Source of the DNA: Polyangiaceae bacterium
GTDB lineage: Bacteria; Myxococcota_A; Polyangia; Polyangiales; Polyangiaceae
Assembly: GCA_965222375.1 (NCBI GenBank)
Contig: CBDCTZ010000011.1
Span: forward strand, 448,001-512,000
DNA: 64,000 nucleotides
Direction of reading: 5' to 3'
The notes under the pieces were generated by a model. That model was not told where the DNA came from, made no database searches, and was given only the letters and a program-made list of their open reading frames with translations. The translations under genes were made by a program, and so were the position numbers. Of this stretch, positions 30,394-39,180 are shown in pieces; the stretch's first letter is position 1, and every line of letters starts with the position of its first letter.

Positions 30394-32406
30394 TCACTGT
30401 TTCAGAGCTGCGCGCACCAAGGAATCGTCGGCTTCTTCGGGCAGAGTGACGACCAAGTCGGGTTCTTGCTCCATGGCGCGACGCGTCGCAGAGACCGCGC
30501 CCGGATTCCGTGCCCATGCCCGGCGCGCCACCCCGTTGCTCACATCCCAGCCCAGCATGGCGTGGGCGCGCGCGCCCGCCTCCAGGCTGCCGTCGAGCAC
30601 CAAGCCAAACCCGCCGTTCATGACTTCGCCCCAACCCACGCCGCCGCCGTTGTGCAAGCTGACCCAGGTGGCGCCGCGGAAGGCATCCCCCACGAAGTTG
30701 TGCACGGACATGTCGGCGCAGAAGCGCGAGCCGTCGCGGATGTTTGCAGTTTCGCGCCAAGGCGAATCCGTGCCCGAAGTGTCGTGATGATCTCGCCCCA
30801 GCACGATGGCTGCGCTGATGCGCCCCGTGGAGACGGCGTCATTGAAGCGCGCGGCGATCTCTCGGCGGCCCTCGGCGTCGGCGTACAGGATGCGCGCCTG
30901 GGATCCGACGACCATTTCGTTCTCTTCGGCCTTCTGGATCCAACGCAGGTTGTCTTCGATCTGCTGGCGGATTTCTTGCGGAGCCGACTTGGCTTGGGCA
31001 GCGAGAACCTCTGCGGCAATACGGTCGGAGGTTGCCAAGTCTTCGGTGCGACCCGAGCAGCACACCCAACGGAACGGGCCGAAGCCGTAGTCGAAACACA
31101 GCGGCCCCATGATGTGCTCGACGTAGGACGGATAGCGGAACTCGCCATCGCTGCCCATCACGTCAGCGCCAGCGCGCTCCGCTTCGACCAAGAACGCATT
31201 GCCGTAGTCCCAGAAATGCATACCGGCGTTCGAGAGTTGGTTCACCGCCGCGACGTGGCGCTTCAAGGACGCTTGCACGGCTTGGCGAAAGCCTGACGGG
31301 TCGGCGCTGAGCATGCTGCGCGCCGCGTCGAACTCGATCCCCGCAGGGTAATAGCCTCCGCCAAAAGGGTTGTGCAGTGAGGTCTGGTCGGACCCAAGTT
31401 CGACGGGCATGCCCTCCTTCGCGAGTCGCTCCCAAAGGTCCACCACGTTGCCGACGTAGCCCAGGCTCACCGCTTCTCTGCCCTTGCGGGCTCGGTCGAT
31501 CCGGCTGAGCAGCTCGTCCAGGTCGGACTCCGCTTCCATGAGCCAACCCTGCTCGTGGCGCTTCTTCACGGCTGCGGGATTCACTTCTGCAACGACGCCC
31601 ACGGCGCCAGCGATCACGCTGGCTTTGGCCTGCGCGCCACTCATGCCGCCCAGCCCCGAAGTGACGAAAACCTTGCCCGCAAGCCCTTCGCTGCCCGCAT
31701 TCAGGTAGAGGCGCCCTGCACCGAGCAGCGTGATGGTCGTGCCGTGCACGATCCCCTGAGGGCCGATGTACATGTAGCTGCCCGCGGTCATCTGCCCATA
31801 GCTGGTCACACCCAGAGCGGAGAGCTTCTCCAGGTTTTCCCGGGTCGAGTAGTTCGGAACCATCATGCCGTTGGTCACGACGACCCGCGGTGCGCTGGAC
31901 GACGACGGAAAGCGCCCCAAAGGGTGGCCTGAATACATGACCAAAGTCTGCGCATCGTCCAGCTTGCAAAGGTGCTGCATGGTCAGGCAGTACTGCGCCC
32001 AGTTCTGAAACACGGCGCCGTTGCCCCCGTAGGTGATGAGCTCCATGGGGTACTGCGCCACGGCGGGATCCAAGTTGTTTTGGATCATCAGCATGATCGC
32101 AGCGGCGTGCCTCGACTTTGCGGGGTACGCTTCGAGGGGTCGCGCGTGCATGGGGTAATGCGGACGAAAGCGCAGCATGTAGATGTGGCCATGTGCTGCC
32201 AGCTCTGCCGCGAATTCAGGGGCAAGCGTTTGGTGCCAACGCTTCGGGAAGTAGCGAAGCGCGTTAGCCAGGGCCAGGCGTGCGTCGGCGTCGGAGAGCT
32301 CCGGTGTGCGTCGAGGTGCGCGATCCACATTCGGCAAGTCCGGCGGGCGCTCGGGCAATTGGTCCGGCAAACCCGCGGCAACTTGGGACCCAAACTCGTC
32401 GCTCAT
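30394..32406 (-). CDS. hutU: Urocanate hydratase (long form)
   Basis: NNLDPAVAQYP, YGQMTAGSYMYIGPQGIVHGT, GLGGMSGAQ, DQTSLHNP, GRDHHD and HNGGGVGWG motifs. Confidence 0.96.
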   Translation of the reverse strand: MSDEFGSQVAAGLPDQLPERPPDLPNVDRAPRRTPELSDADARLALANALRYFPKRWHQTLAPEFAAELAAHGHIYMLRFRPHYPMHARPLEAYPAKSRHAAAIMLMIQNNLDPAVAQYPMELITYGGNGAVFQNWAQYCLTMQHLCKLDDAQTLVMYSGHPLGRFPSSSSAPRVVVTNGMMVPNYSTRENLEKLSALGVTSYGQMTAGSYMYIGPQGIVHGTTITLLGAGRLYLNAGSEGLAGKVFVTSGLGGMSGAQAKASVIAGAVGVVAEVNPAAVKKRHEQGWLMEAESDLDELLSRIDRARKGREAVSLGYVGNVVDLWERLAKEGMPVELGSDQTSLHNPFGGGYYPAGIEFDAARSMLSADPSGFRQAVQASLKRHVAAVNQLSNAGMHFWDYGNAFLVEAERAGADVMGSDGEFRYPSYVEHIMGPLCFDYGFGPFRWVCCSGRTEDLATSDRIAAEVLAAQAKSAPQEIRQQIEDNLRWIQKAEENEMVVGSQARILYADAEGRREIAARFNDAVSTGRISAAIVLGRDHHDTSGTDSPWRETANIRDGSRFCADMSVHNFVGDAFRGATWVSLHNGGGVGWGEVMNGGFGLVLDGSLEAGARAHAMLGWDVSNGVARRAWARNPGAVSATRRAMEQEPDLVVTLPEEADDSLVRAALKQ

Positions 32407-32594
32407 GGCCCCTTCCTACCGCTGGCGAGCGCGCCGTTCTAGCGGCCAAGATTCGGCGCGACGCAGAATGTGCGCGCACCTGTTCGGTACGCGACACCCC
32501 AAAGACGGTGGGACTTCCACAAGGCTCAACGGATCCACCGCAATTTTTGCCGTTCCATCGACTGTCCCGAATCCCGGAGTTTCGAACAAGCTAC

Positions 32595-32612
32595 TCGGCA
32601 CGCTGGGTGCAT
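32595..32612 (+). promoter_or_regulatory. Possible sigma-54 promoter for sqr
   Basis: TCGGCACGCTGGGTGCAT has GG-N10-GC spacing. It would give a nearly leaderless transcript, and no RBS is visible before the ATG at 32626. Confidence 0.4.
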
Positions 32613-32625
32613 TCGTCCGACGGCA

Positions 32626-33879
32626 ATGAAACAGCTGCTAATTCTGGGCGCGGGCACGGCGGGAACGATCGTCGCGAACCGCATGCGCCGATCCTTGGCC
32701 AAGGATTGGCAAGTCACCGTCGTCGACCCGAGCGACACACACTTGTACCAGCCGGGCCTGTTGTTCTTGCCCTTTGGCGCCAAGGACGAAGCCGAGTTGG
32801 TGCGCCTCCGCGGTGACACCCTCGGTGACGGCATCGAGTGGGTGCGCGAAGAGGTCTCCGGCGTCGACCCCGTGAAGAACCACGTCACTCTCGAGGGCGG
32901 CAACATGCTCGAGTACGACATCCTGGTCATTGCCACGGGCAGTCAGATCCGCCCCGAGATGACCGAGGGCCTTGTCGACGCTCGTTGGCACAAAAGCATC
33001 AGCGACTTCTACACCTTGCCCGGTTCGCTCGCACTGCGCGAGATGCTTGCCAAGTTCGAGGGCGGCCGCTTGCTGGTGAACGTAGTCGAGATGCCGATCA
33101 AGTGTCCCGTTGCGCCCTTGGAGTTCTTGTTCCTCGCGGACGCCTACTTAACCGAGCGCGGCATCCGCGACAAAGTGGAGATTATATACGCGACGCCCCT
33201 CGACGGCGCGTTCACCCGACCGATTGCCTCCCAGCGCCTGGGTCACTTGCTCGATGAGAAGCGCATCATCGTCGAAAAGGAGTTCGCTGCAGGCAGCGTG
33301 GATGACGGCAAGAACACCTTGATCTCATTTGACGAGCGCAAGCTCGACTTTGACCTCTTGGTCACTGTTCCGACCCATACCGGTGCGGACTTCATCGAAA
33401 ACTCCGGCTTCGGTGACGAACTGGGCTTCATACCAACGGAGCAGCGCAGCCTGCTAGCCAAGGGCCACGAAAACATCTTCGTGATCGGAGATGCCACGGA
33501 TGTGCCCGCGTCCAAGGCGGGCTCTGTGGCCCACTTCGAGGCGGATGGGTTGGTGCTCAACCTCGAGCGCTTCATCGCCGGCAAGCCCCTCGAAGACGAA
33601 TTCGACGGACATGCCAATTGCTTCGTCGAGACCGGTCACGGCAAGGGCATGCTCATAGACTTCAACTACGACGTCGAGCCGCTGCCCGGGAAGTTCCCGG
33701 TGCCCGGCATCGGACCGTTTTCTTTGCTCCAAGAGAGCCGCATCAACCATCTCGGCAAGCTTGCGTTTCGCTGGGTGTACTTCAACGGGCTCTTGCCCGG
33801 GAAGCCCATGCCTATGGCCGCGCAGATGTCCATGCTCGGAAAGCAAGTGCAAGAAGCCCAACAGACCGCCAACGTTTGA
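32626..33879 (+). CDS. sqr: Sulfide:quinone oxidoreductase family flavoprotein
   Basis: LILGAGTAG, HLYQPG, YDILVIATG, IKCPVAPLE, VIGDA, SKAGS and ANCF motifs, giving two redox Cys. Confidence 0.88.
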   Translation: MKQLLILGAGTAGTIVANRMRRSLAKDWQVTVVDPSDTHLYQPGLLFLPFGAKDEAELVRLRGDTLGDGIEWVREEVSGVDPVKNHVTLEGGNMLEYDILVIATGSQIRPEMTEGLVDARWHKSISDFYTLPGSLALREMLAKFEGGRLLVNVVEMPIKCPVAPLEFLFLADAYLTERGIRDKVEIIYATPLDGAFTRPIASQRLGHLLDEKRIIVEKEFAAGSVDDGKNTLISFDERKLDFDLLVTVPTHTGADFIENSGFGDELGFIPTEQRSLLAKGHENIFVIGDATDVPASKAGSVAHFEADGLVLNLERFIAGKPLEDEFDGHANCFVETGHGKGMLIDFNYDVEPLPGKFPVPGIGPFSLLQESRINHLGKLAFRWVYFNGLLPGKPMPMAAQMSMLGKQVQEAQQTANV

Positions 33880-33894
33880 GAGGAGAAGAGACTC

Positions 33895-34209
33895 ATGCCC
33901 ACAGCAACCTATGGCGGCCGCGCCGTCGATGTAGACAACGACGGCTTTCTGGCCAACCCCGACGACTGGAGCCGCGAGCTAGGTGTAGCCATCGCCAGCG
34001 CAGACGGCATCACCTTGGGCGACGATCACTGGAAGGTCATCGACTTCGCCCGAGCCGACTACAAAGAAAAGGGCGTCTCCCCCGGCCCCCGCCGCATCAC
34101 GACCGGAAGCGGCGTCAACATGAAGATGCTCTACCAGCTCTTCCCCAAGGGCCCCGGCAAGCTGATCGCGAAGGTTGCCGGCATCCCCAAACCCAAGGCT
34201 TGTCTCTGA
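33895..34209 (+). CDS. TusE/DsrC-family sulfur relay protein
   Basis: DNDGFL..PDDWS, HWKVIDF and LYQLFPKGP..AGIPKPKACL, with only the terminal Cys. AGGAG RBS. Confidence 0.92.
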   Translation: MPTATYGGRAVDVDNDGFLANPDDWSRELGVAIASADGITLGDDHWKVIDFARADYKEKGVSPGPRRITTGSGVNMKMLYQLFPKGPGKLIAKVAGIPKPKACL

Positions 34210-34222
34210 GAAGGAGCGCGTC

Positions 34223-34693
34223 ATGACCACCAACGGAAATCGAAAAGTCTCCATCGTTTGCTCCAAGGGCAGCCTCGACATGGCCTACCCCGGCCTCATC
34301 ATCGCCAACGCCGCCCGCATGGCCGGCATCGACGCTATGCTGTTCTTCACCTTCTGGGGCCTCGACATCGTCAACAAGAAAAAGGTCGAGCACTTGCACC
34401 TGAACCTAGTCGGCAACCCCTCCGTGCCCATCCCCGCGATGATCGCCGGCCTACCCGGCATGGAAGCCCTAGCGACCCATCAGATGCAAAAGGACATGGA
34501 CAAGCTCGACATCCCCCACGTCAAGGAGATGATCGAAATGCTCGACGACGCTGGCGCCGACATGTACGGCTGCCAACTCGCTATGGACATGTTCAAGCTG
34601 AGCAAAGACGACCTGTTGCCCCAGGTGAAAGATGTGATTTCAGCCATGGACTTCATCGAGAAGTCCGAAGGCGCTCAGACGTTCTTCATTTAG
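34223..34693 (+). CDS. DsrE/DsrF/DrsH-like (DsrE2) sulfurtransferase
   Basis: SIVCSKGSLDMAYP, LFFTFWGL and YGCQLAMDMF motifs. AAGGAG RBS. Confidence 0.9.
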   Translation: MTTNGNRKVSIVCSKGSLDMAYPGLIIANAARMAGIDAMLFFTFWGLDIVNKKKVEHLHLNLVGNPSVPIPAMIAGLPGMEALATHQMQKDMDKLDIPHVKEMIEMLDDAGADMYGCQLAMDMFKLSKDDLLPQVKDVISAMDFIEKSEGAQTFFI

Positions 34694-34743
34694 GGAGTAG
34701 CGGCGGCGGGCTCCGCTTGCCGCGCGTGTTGGGTTCGGATCCA

Positions 34744-34782
34744 CCCCGCTCGAGAGCTTGTATACAAACTCTCGAGCAGGGG
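34744..34782. repeat. Near-perfect palindrome in the convergent intergenic gap
   Basis: cccc-gctcgagagcttgta|tacaaactctcgagc-a-gggg, with a TTGTATACAA core. Confidence 0.7.
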
Positions 34783-34850
34783 TTTCGGAGTGCTCGTCAT
34801 TCGCGAAGTGAACTCCGCCCGCGCCGTCTCGTCAGCGCGCTACCTGAAGC

Positions 34851-35105
34851 TCATCCACAGAATCCGTAATCTGTGGGCCGCGTTGCCGTGATCTGGCAAG
34901 TCTTTCCGGGCGGACAGCTCGGGGTAGCGTACAGGCACACAACCTTGTCGTTGGTTGGATCGCAGGTAGCCTGACACTTAGCAACCGGGAATCCGCCAAC
35001 CGCCGGGGCGACAGCGCAGCAAATTTCGCCAGGACAGTCGGACGCACCGTCGCAATGCAGGGCGAAGCCACTGCACGATGTCGCAAGCGACACGCAGTTC
35101 GGGTG
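34851..35105 (-). pseudogene. C-terminal fragment of a Cys-rich myxobacterial protein
   Basis: HPNCVS...LHCDGASDCPGEICC...VVC...CPPGKTC...YGFCG*, with no N-terminus or signal peptide. Confidence 0.55.
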
Positions 35106-35287
35106 GGCGGCATGCGGCGGAAGCCATCCACCTCGACCAAACAAGTTCTACAAGCCCCCGCGGGCTCGAGGCGCGGATCATGACACAGGGTGGGGATTGG
35201 CTTGCCCGCGCGCCGCGCGACGTCGAGCAACGTCTCGCCTTCCTCGAAGGGGATGCTGTGTCCGTCGAGTTCGAGGGTGTGGGTCAT
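35106..35287 (-). pseudogene. N-terminal 2Fe-2S fragment of a formate dehydrogenase alpha/NuoG-like subunit
   Basis: GGAGG RBS and MTHTLELDG..GETLLDVARRAG..IPTLCH....GACRTCLVEVDG. It breaks before the fourth Cys ligand. Confidence 0.8.
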
Positions 35288-35489
35288 GCAACCTCCCGAT
35301 TCACGCGCTCTCTAAGGTAGCGGTAGGGGGGGCGCCGAGTCCACTCCGCGCGCAGCCAGCATGGGCGCTCGGTTGGCCGACAGCGCTGAAAGCTCTGCGC
35401 CGGCCTAGGAGGGCTCCGCCAAATCAAGGTTCGTCACGGGCCCGGGTGTCGGAGGCGCGGCCGTCGCGCTTCGTAAGCTCGCAGGTGCA

Positions 35490-36032
35490 TCACTTGTCGC
35501 GCAGCTTGAACTTGACCTTGAGCTTCACTTTCTTGTCCACGCACACGCCGAGGTAGCAGGGCTGCTCGATTCCGAAATCGGTGATGTCAATCGTGGACAG
35601 CGCCTGCACGTGATAGTCGCTTCCCGTCCGGTTGGCTTTGTACGTGAACTTGACAGGCTTAGTCACGCCATGCAGCGTGAATTTGCCCGTCGCTCTTGCC
35701 TTGGTTGCCTTCTGGTCCGCTGGTAGCTTCAGCTTGTCGCGCGCGATCTCCAGGGAGGCATTCGGGTGCTTGTCGGTCTCCAGGTACTTACGCAGATGCT
35801 TGTCTCTGAGGCCAATGCCCGTCTTGAGATTGGTGACAGGTGCGGTGATGATGAGCCTGCCATCCTTCTCTTTTGCGCTCAGTGTCGAGCCGCTGCCTTT
35901 GATGCGCATGCCGGCGGTTCCAGTTGCCTGGAAACGAATGTTTACGTCGCCGGCATTCTCGAACTTTGCAGAGGCTAACAGGGCGATGGAGAGAGTTGCT
36001 GTGGTCGTTGCGATTAGAATCTTGTTTTTCAT
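35490..36032 (-). CDS. YceI-family polyisoprenoid-binding protein
   Basis: Signal peptide, LKTGIGLRDKHL, GKFTLHGVTK and TDFGI motifs. Confidence 0.9.
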   Translation of the reverse strand: MKNKILIATTTATLSIALLASAKFENAGDVNIRFQATGTAGMRIKGSGSTLSAKEKDGRLIITAPVTNLKTGIGLRDKHLRKYLETDKHPNASLEIARDKLKLPADQKATKARATGKFTLHGVTKPVKFTYKANRTGSDYHVQALSTIDITDFGIEQPCYLGVCVDKKVKLKVKFKLRDK

Positions 36033-36111
36033 GACTGGCTCCCGAGTCCGGGCTCTTCGGCGCGGCGCTTGATCGTGTCGAAAGTCGTACGGTGGCTTGC
36101 CGGAAACGGTT

Positions 36112-37890
36112 TCATTCCTCCAAGTTCTTCGTGCCGGCGGCTCCGGGAGGCGTGCAGCGCATGGAAAAAAGCGTGGCGCTCCGCTCCGCCGCGACCGGGG
36201 ACCAGGCCCGAACCAGATCGGCCAAATCCGGTTGCTTTTCGAGGTCTTGGGGCACGAGCAACAGCCAGCGAGCGTCATAGCGGTGCGCGGCAGCACATAC
36301 GTCCGCGGTGTGGAACGGCGTGACAATCACGGGTCGGCGAGCGAAGAGCGACAGCCCCCTGCGTCGACTCATGACCACCTCGTCTTCTGGCACATGTCGG
36401 GCAACGAACTCGCCCCAAATGGCGTCCGTCTCGGTGCGGGGTGAGAGCGAGTCATGGATGGCCCTGACTCCCAGCGGCGCGCGCACGGCCAGCGTCAACA
36501 GTAGTGCGCCCGCGCTTGCGCTCACGAGGCGCCCGGTCAACGCAGTTTGCCTGGAGCCCAACCCCAGGAGGATAGCCGCGAAGGTGGCAAGACACACCAC
36601 GTCCAGCGTGGCGTACCATTCCGTGAACAGACCCAGCAGCCCAGCGACTACGAGCAGCAGGTATCCGGCTGTTGCGAGCGCTGTGGCTCGTCGCTGGAGC
36701 TGCGCGGTCCAATCCGAGGTCGCATGCCAGACCATCTTTGCCAACGCCAATCCCAGCAGAGGACGTAGGGGATAGAGGTAGCGGTCCTCGTAGTGCGAGT
36801 ACGCGGCGATTAGCAAACCACCGAGCATGGCGCCCGCGCACATGCGCAAGATGCCTCGAACCCGGGGGGCGCAGGCGGCAACGGCAAGCATGGCCAGCCA
36901 ACCGGGGCGTAGGACTTCGCCTCGTACGAACGCTCGAAAGGCCGCGTATGCCGTGCGACGCAGGGGTTCTATGAGCAACGCGCGCCAGGCGCCCTGTTGC
37001 TCCACCAAAGCACTGAAGCTCGAAGGGACTTCAGGATGCCTGGGAAAATAGGTGCGCGACTGCTCCCACGGCGTCCAAAAGTCCACGTCGGGTGGGATTG
37101 TGCGCACGAAGTTTCGAACCGGAGCGCCGTGTGGCAGCCCCGGGTATCCATGTGCGCCAAAGTGCCAGAGCAAGACCGGGAGCTGGAGCAGCGCAATCGC
37201 GCTCACCACCCAGCTGACGCGCAGTACCTGTTCCCGACGCGACGCGAACACGAGCGCGCCCGCGAGCAAACCCATGGTCATGAATGCCGTTGATGCCTTG
37301 TAGGCGGCGGCAAGAGCAAGCAACAGTGCGGCTCGGAGCCAAGCCCGACTCGCTGACCGGCGTTCCGTTTGCTCCGTTGCGTAGAGAGCCTCGAGCGCTC
37401 CGAACGCGAAAACGACCATGGCTCCCGAGTCATTGAGCGGCCGATGGAAGAGCGTGCGCCCCTCCAGGGCGAGCAAGGAGACTGCCAGCGCGATTCCTGG
37501 CAGTGCGCCATAGCGACGCTTCACCAACAACGGCAGCAAACCTAGATAGAGGAATGACAGACAAGCCTGCAGCACGTGGGCGGACGCGAATACGTCGTTG
37601 GTGATCACACCACCGAGTGCCACGAGGGCCGGGTGCAGAAGAGGGAAGGCACTTTCCGCGTGATGCACGTTCGGAAACGCCGGGGCGTAGTAGTAGAGAT
37701 GCTCTACGGTGAAGCCCTTGCCCGCCAGCAAGTTTTGCCCAACGAGCAACGCGTTCGCGCTGTCCGCGCCACCCGACCAGCGATTCCCGATTCCACCCCA
37801 TGCCAGAAGGACCGAGAGCAGCGCCGCGACCGAAGTGAGCGCGAGCCCACCGGCCCGGTTCACCGTACTCGTCGGACGAGGGCACATCTG
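36112..37890 (-). CDS. GT-C-fold multi-pass membrane glycosyltransferase-like protein
   Basis: GADSAN...GQNLLAGKGF first loop, PLLHP, many TM helices, EDRYLYP and a soluble C-terminal domain. Start uncertain (37863-37962). Confidence 0.65.
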   Translation of the reverse strand, partial: QMCPRPTSTVNRAGGLALTSVAALLSVLLAWGGIGNRWSGGADSANALLVGQNLLAGKGFTVEHLYYYAPAFPNVHHAESAFPLLHPALVALGGVITNDVFASAHVLQACLSFLYLGLLPLLVKRRYGALPGIALAVSLLALEGRTLFHRPLNDSGAMVVFAFGALEALYATEQTERRSASRAWLRAALLLALAAAYKASTAFMTMGLLAGALVFASRREQVLRVSWVVSAIALLQLPVLLWHFGAHGYPGLPHGAPVRNFVRTIPPDVDFWTPWEQSRTYFPRHPEVPSSFSALVEQQGAWRALLIEPLRRTAYAAFRAFVRGEVLRPGWLAMLAVAACAPRVRGILRMCAGAMLGGLLIAAYSHYEDRYLYPLRPLLGLALAKMVWHATSDWTAQLQRRATALATAGYLLLVVAGLLGLFTEWYATLDVVCLATFAAILLGLGSRQTALTGRLVSASAGALLLTLAVRAPLGVRAIHDSLSPRTETDAIWGEFVARHVPEDEVVMSRRRGLSLFARRPVIVTPFHTADVCAAAHRYDARWLLLVPQDLEKQPDLADLVRAWSPVAAERSATLFSMRCTPPGAAGTKNLEE

Positions 37891-38023
37891 GCGCCATAGT
37901 AGCCTCCGCTCCAAGACTCCCGCTCCCGGATTCCCGGATAATGTGCCCGTTTGCTGTCGCAACGCATGTCGTGTAACTGCAGGCTTCCGAGCCCCGTAAG
38001 GGCTGGTTCGACCGGAGGAGTGT

Positions 38024-39169
38024 ATGGAATCGACGACGTGGATTGCAAAAGCCCGAGGGATTGCTGACGAAGTGGTAGCGCCTCAGGCATCCACCCACGA
38101 CAAACTTGGGGAATTCCCCACTGCTGCGGTGAAAGCTTTGGGGGAGGTTGGGTTGATGGCACTGGGCGTGCCAGAGACACACGGTGGGTTGGGTGTAAAT
38201 CCAACGGCTTTCCTGGGAATCGCAAGCGCTTTGGCACAGGCCGACGCTTCAGTGGGCATGGTCTACACCATGCACGTGTGTGGCACCCTGTGCCTTGGCG
38301 CAGCTGCAGACGGCGCTCAGGTCGGGGACGTCCTGAGCGATATCGCGAAGGGCAAACACCTGACGACCCTTGCGTTCAGCGAGAAGGGATCCCGGAGCCA
38401 CTTCTGGGCGCCGGTCTCTCGCGCTCAGGAAGGCGCATCCGGGGTGCGCCTCAGCGCGAACAAGTCCTGGGTCACCAGCGCGGAAGCCGCGGATAGCTAC
38501 GTCGTTTCCGTACTGTCGCCCAAAGGCAAGGGCCCGCTCGAGAGCACGCTGTACTACGTGGATCGGAATGCCTCCGGCGTCCGCGTCGGTCCGGCCTTCG
38601 ACGGCCTCGGCTTGCGCGCAAACGACTCTCGCGCCGTGCAGCTGGAAGGCGTGGAAGTGCCTCCCCAGCACCGTTTGACCGAGGATGGCGCGGGCATGAA
38701 GGCCATGCTCGAGGTCGTGTTGCCGTTCTTCAATCTCGGATCGGCCGCGGTCGCCCTGGGATTGTGTCGTGCGGCGGTCGGTTCCACGGTCAGCCACCTG
38801 CGCACAGCGCAATTCGAGCACATGGGCGCAACCCTGGGAGAGGCGCTACCCAACCTGCGGGCGCGTTTGGCACAAATGCAGATTGCCGCAGACGGCCTTT
38901 CGGCTCGCTTGGACGACGTGGTCAAGCACCTGGAGCAGCCCAGTGACGCGACGGTGCTTCGAGTGCTCGAGGCCAAGGCAGCCGCCGGGGAAATCGCCAT
39001 CGACGTCACGGGTCTGGCCATGCGTACCTGTGGCGGCGCAGCGTTTTCCAAGCACTTGGGCATCGAACGCCTCTTCCGCGACGCACAAGCCGGAGCCGTG
39101 ATGGCTCCAACGGTTGACGTCCTTCACGAGTTCATTGGCAAAGCACTGCTCGGCATCGAATTGTTCTGA
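38024..39169 (+). CDS. Acyl-CoA dehydrogenase-fold flavoprotein (resembles M. tuberculosis Rv1679/FadE16)
   Basis: GGAGGA RBS; VPETHGG, LAFSEKGSRSHFWAP, KSWVTSA, GLGLRANDS, CGGAAFS and IERLFRDA motifs. Confidence 0.9.
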   Translation: MESTTWIAKARGIADEVVAPQASTHDKLGEFPTAAVKALGEVGLMALGVPETHGGLGVNPTAFLGIASALAQADASVGMVYTMHVCGTLCLGAAADGAQVGDVLSDIAKGKHLTTLAFSEKGSRSHFWAPVSRAQEGASGVRLSANKSWVTSAEAADSYVVSVLSPKGKGPLESTLYYVDRNASGVRVGPAFDGLGLRANDSRAVQLEGVEVPPQHRLTEDGAGMKAMLEVVLPFFNLGSAAVALGLCRAAVGSTVSHLRTAQFEHMGATLGEALPNLRARLAQMQIAADGLSARLDDVVKHLEQPSDATVLRVLEAKAAAGEIAIDVTGLAMRTCGGAAFSKHLGIERLFRDAQAGAVMAPTVDVLHEFIGKALLGIELF

Positions 39170-39180
39170 GAGGAATTCAC

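Noticed and set aside
33895..34209. DsrC indicating dissimilatory sulfur metabolism
   Set aside because: The second conserved Cys is missing and there is no dsrAB in the window.
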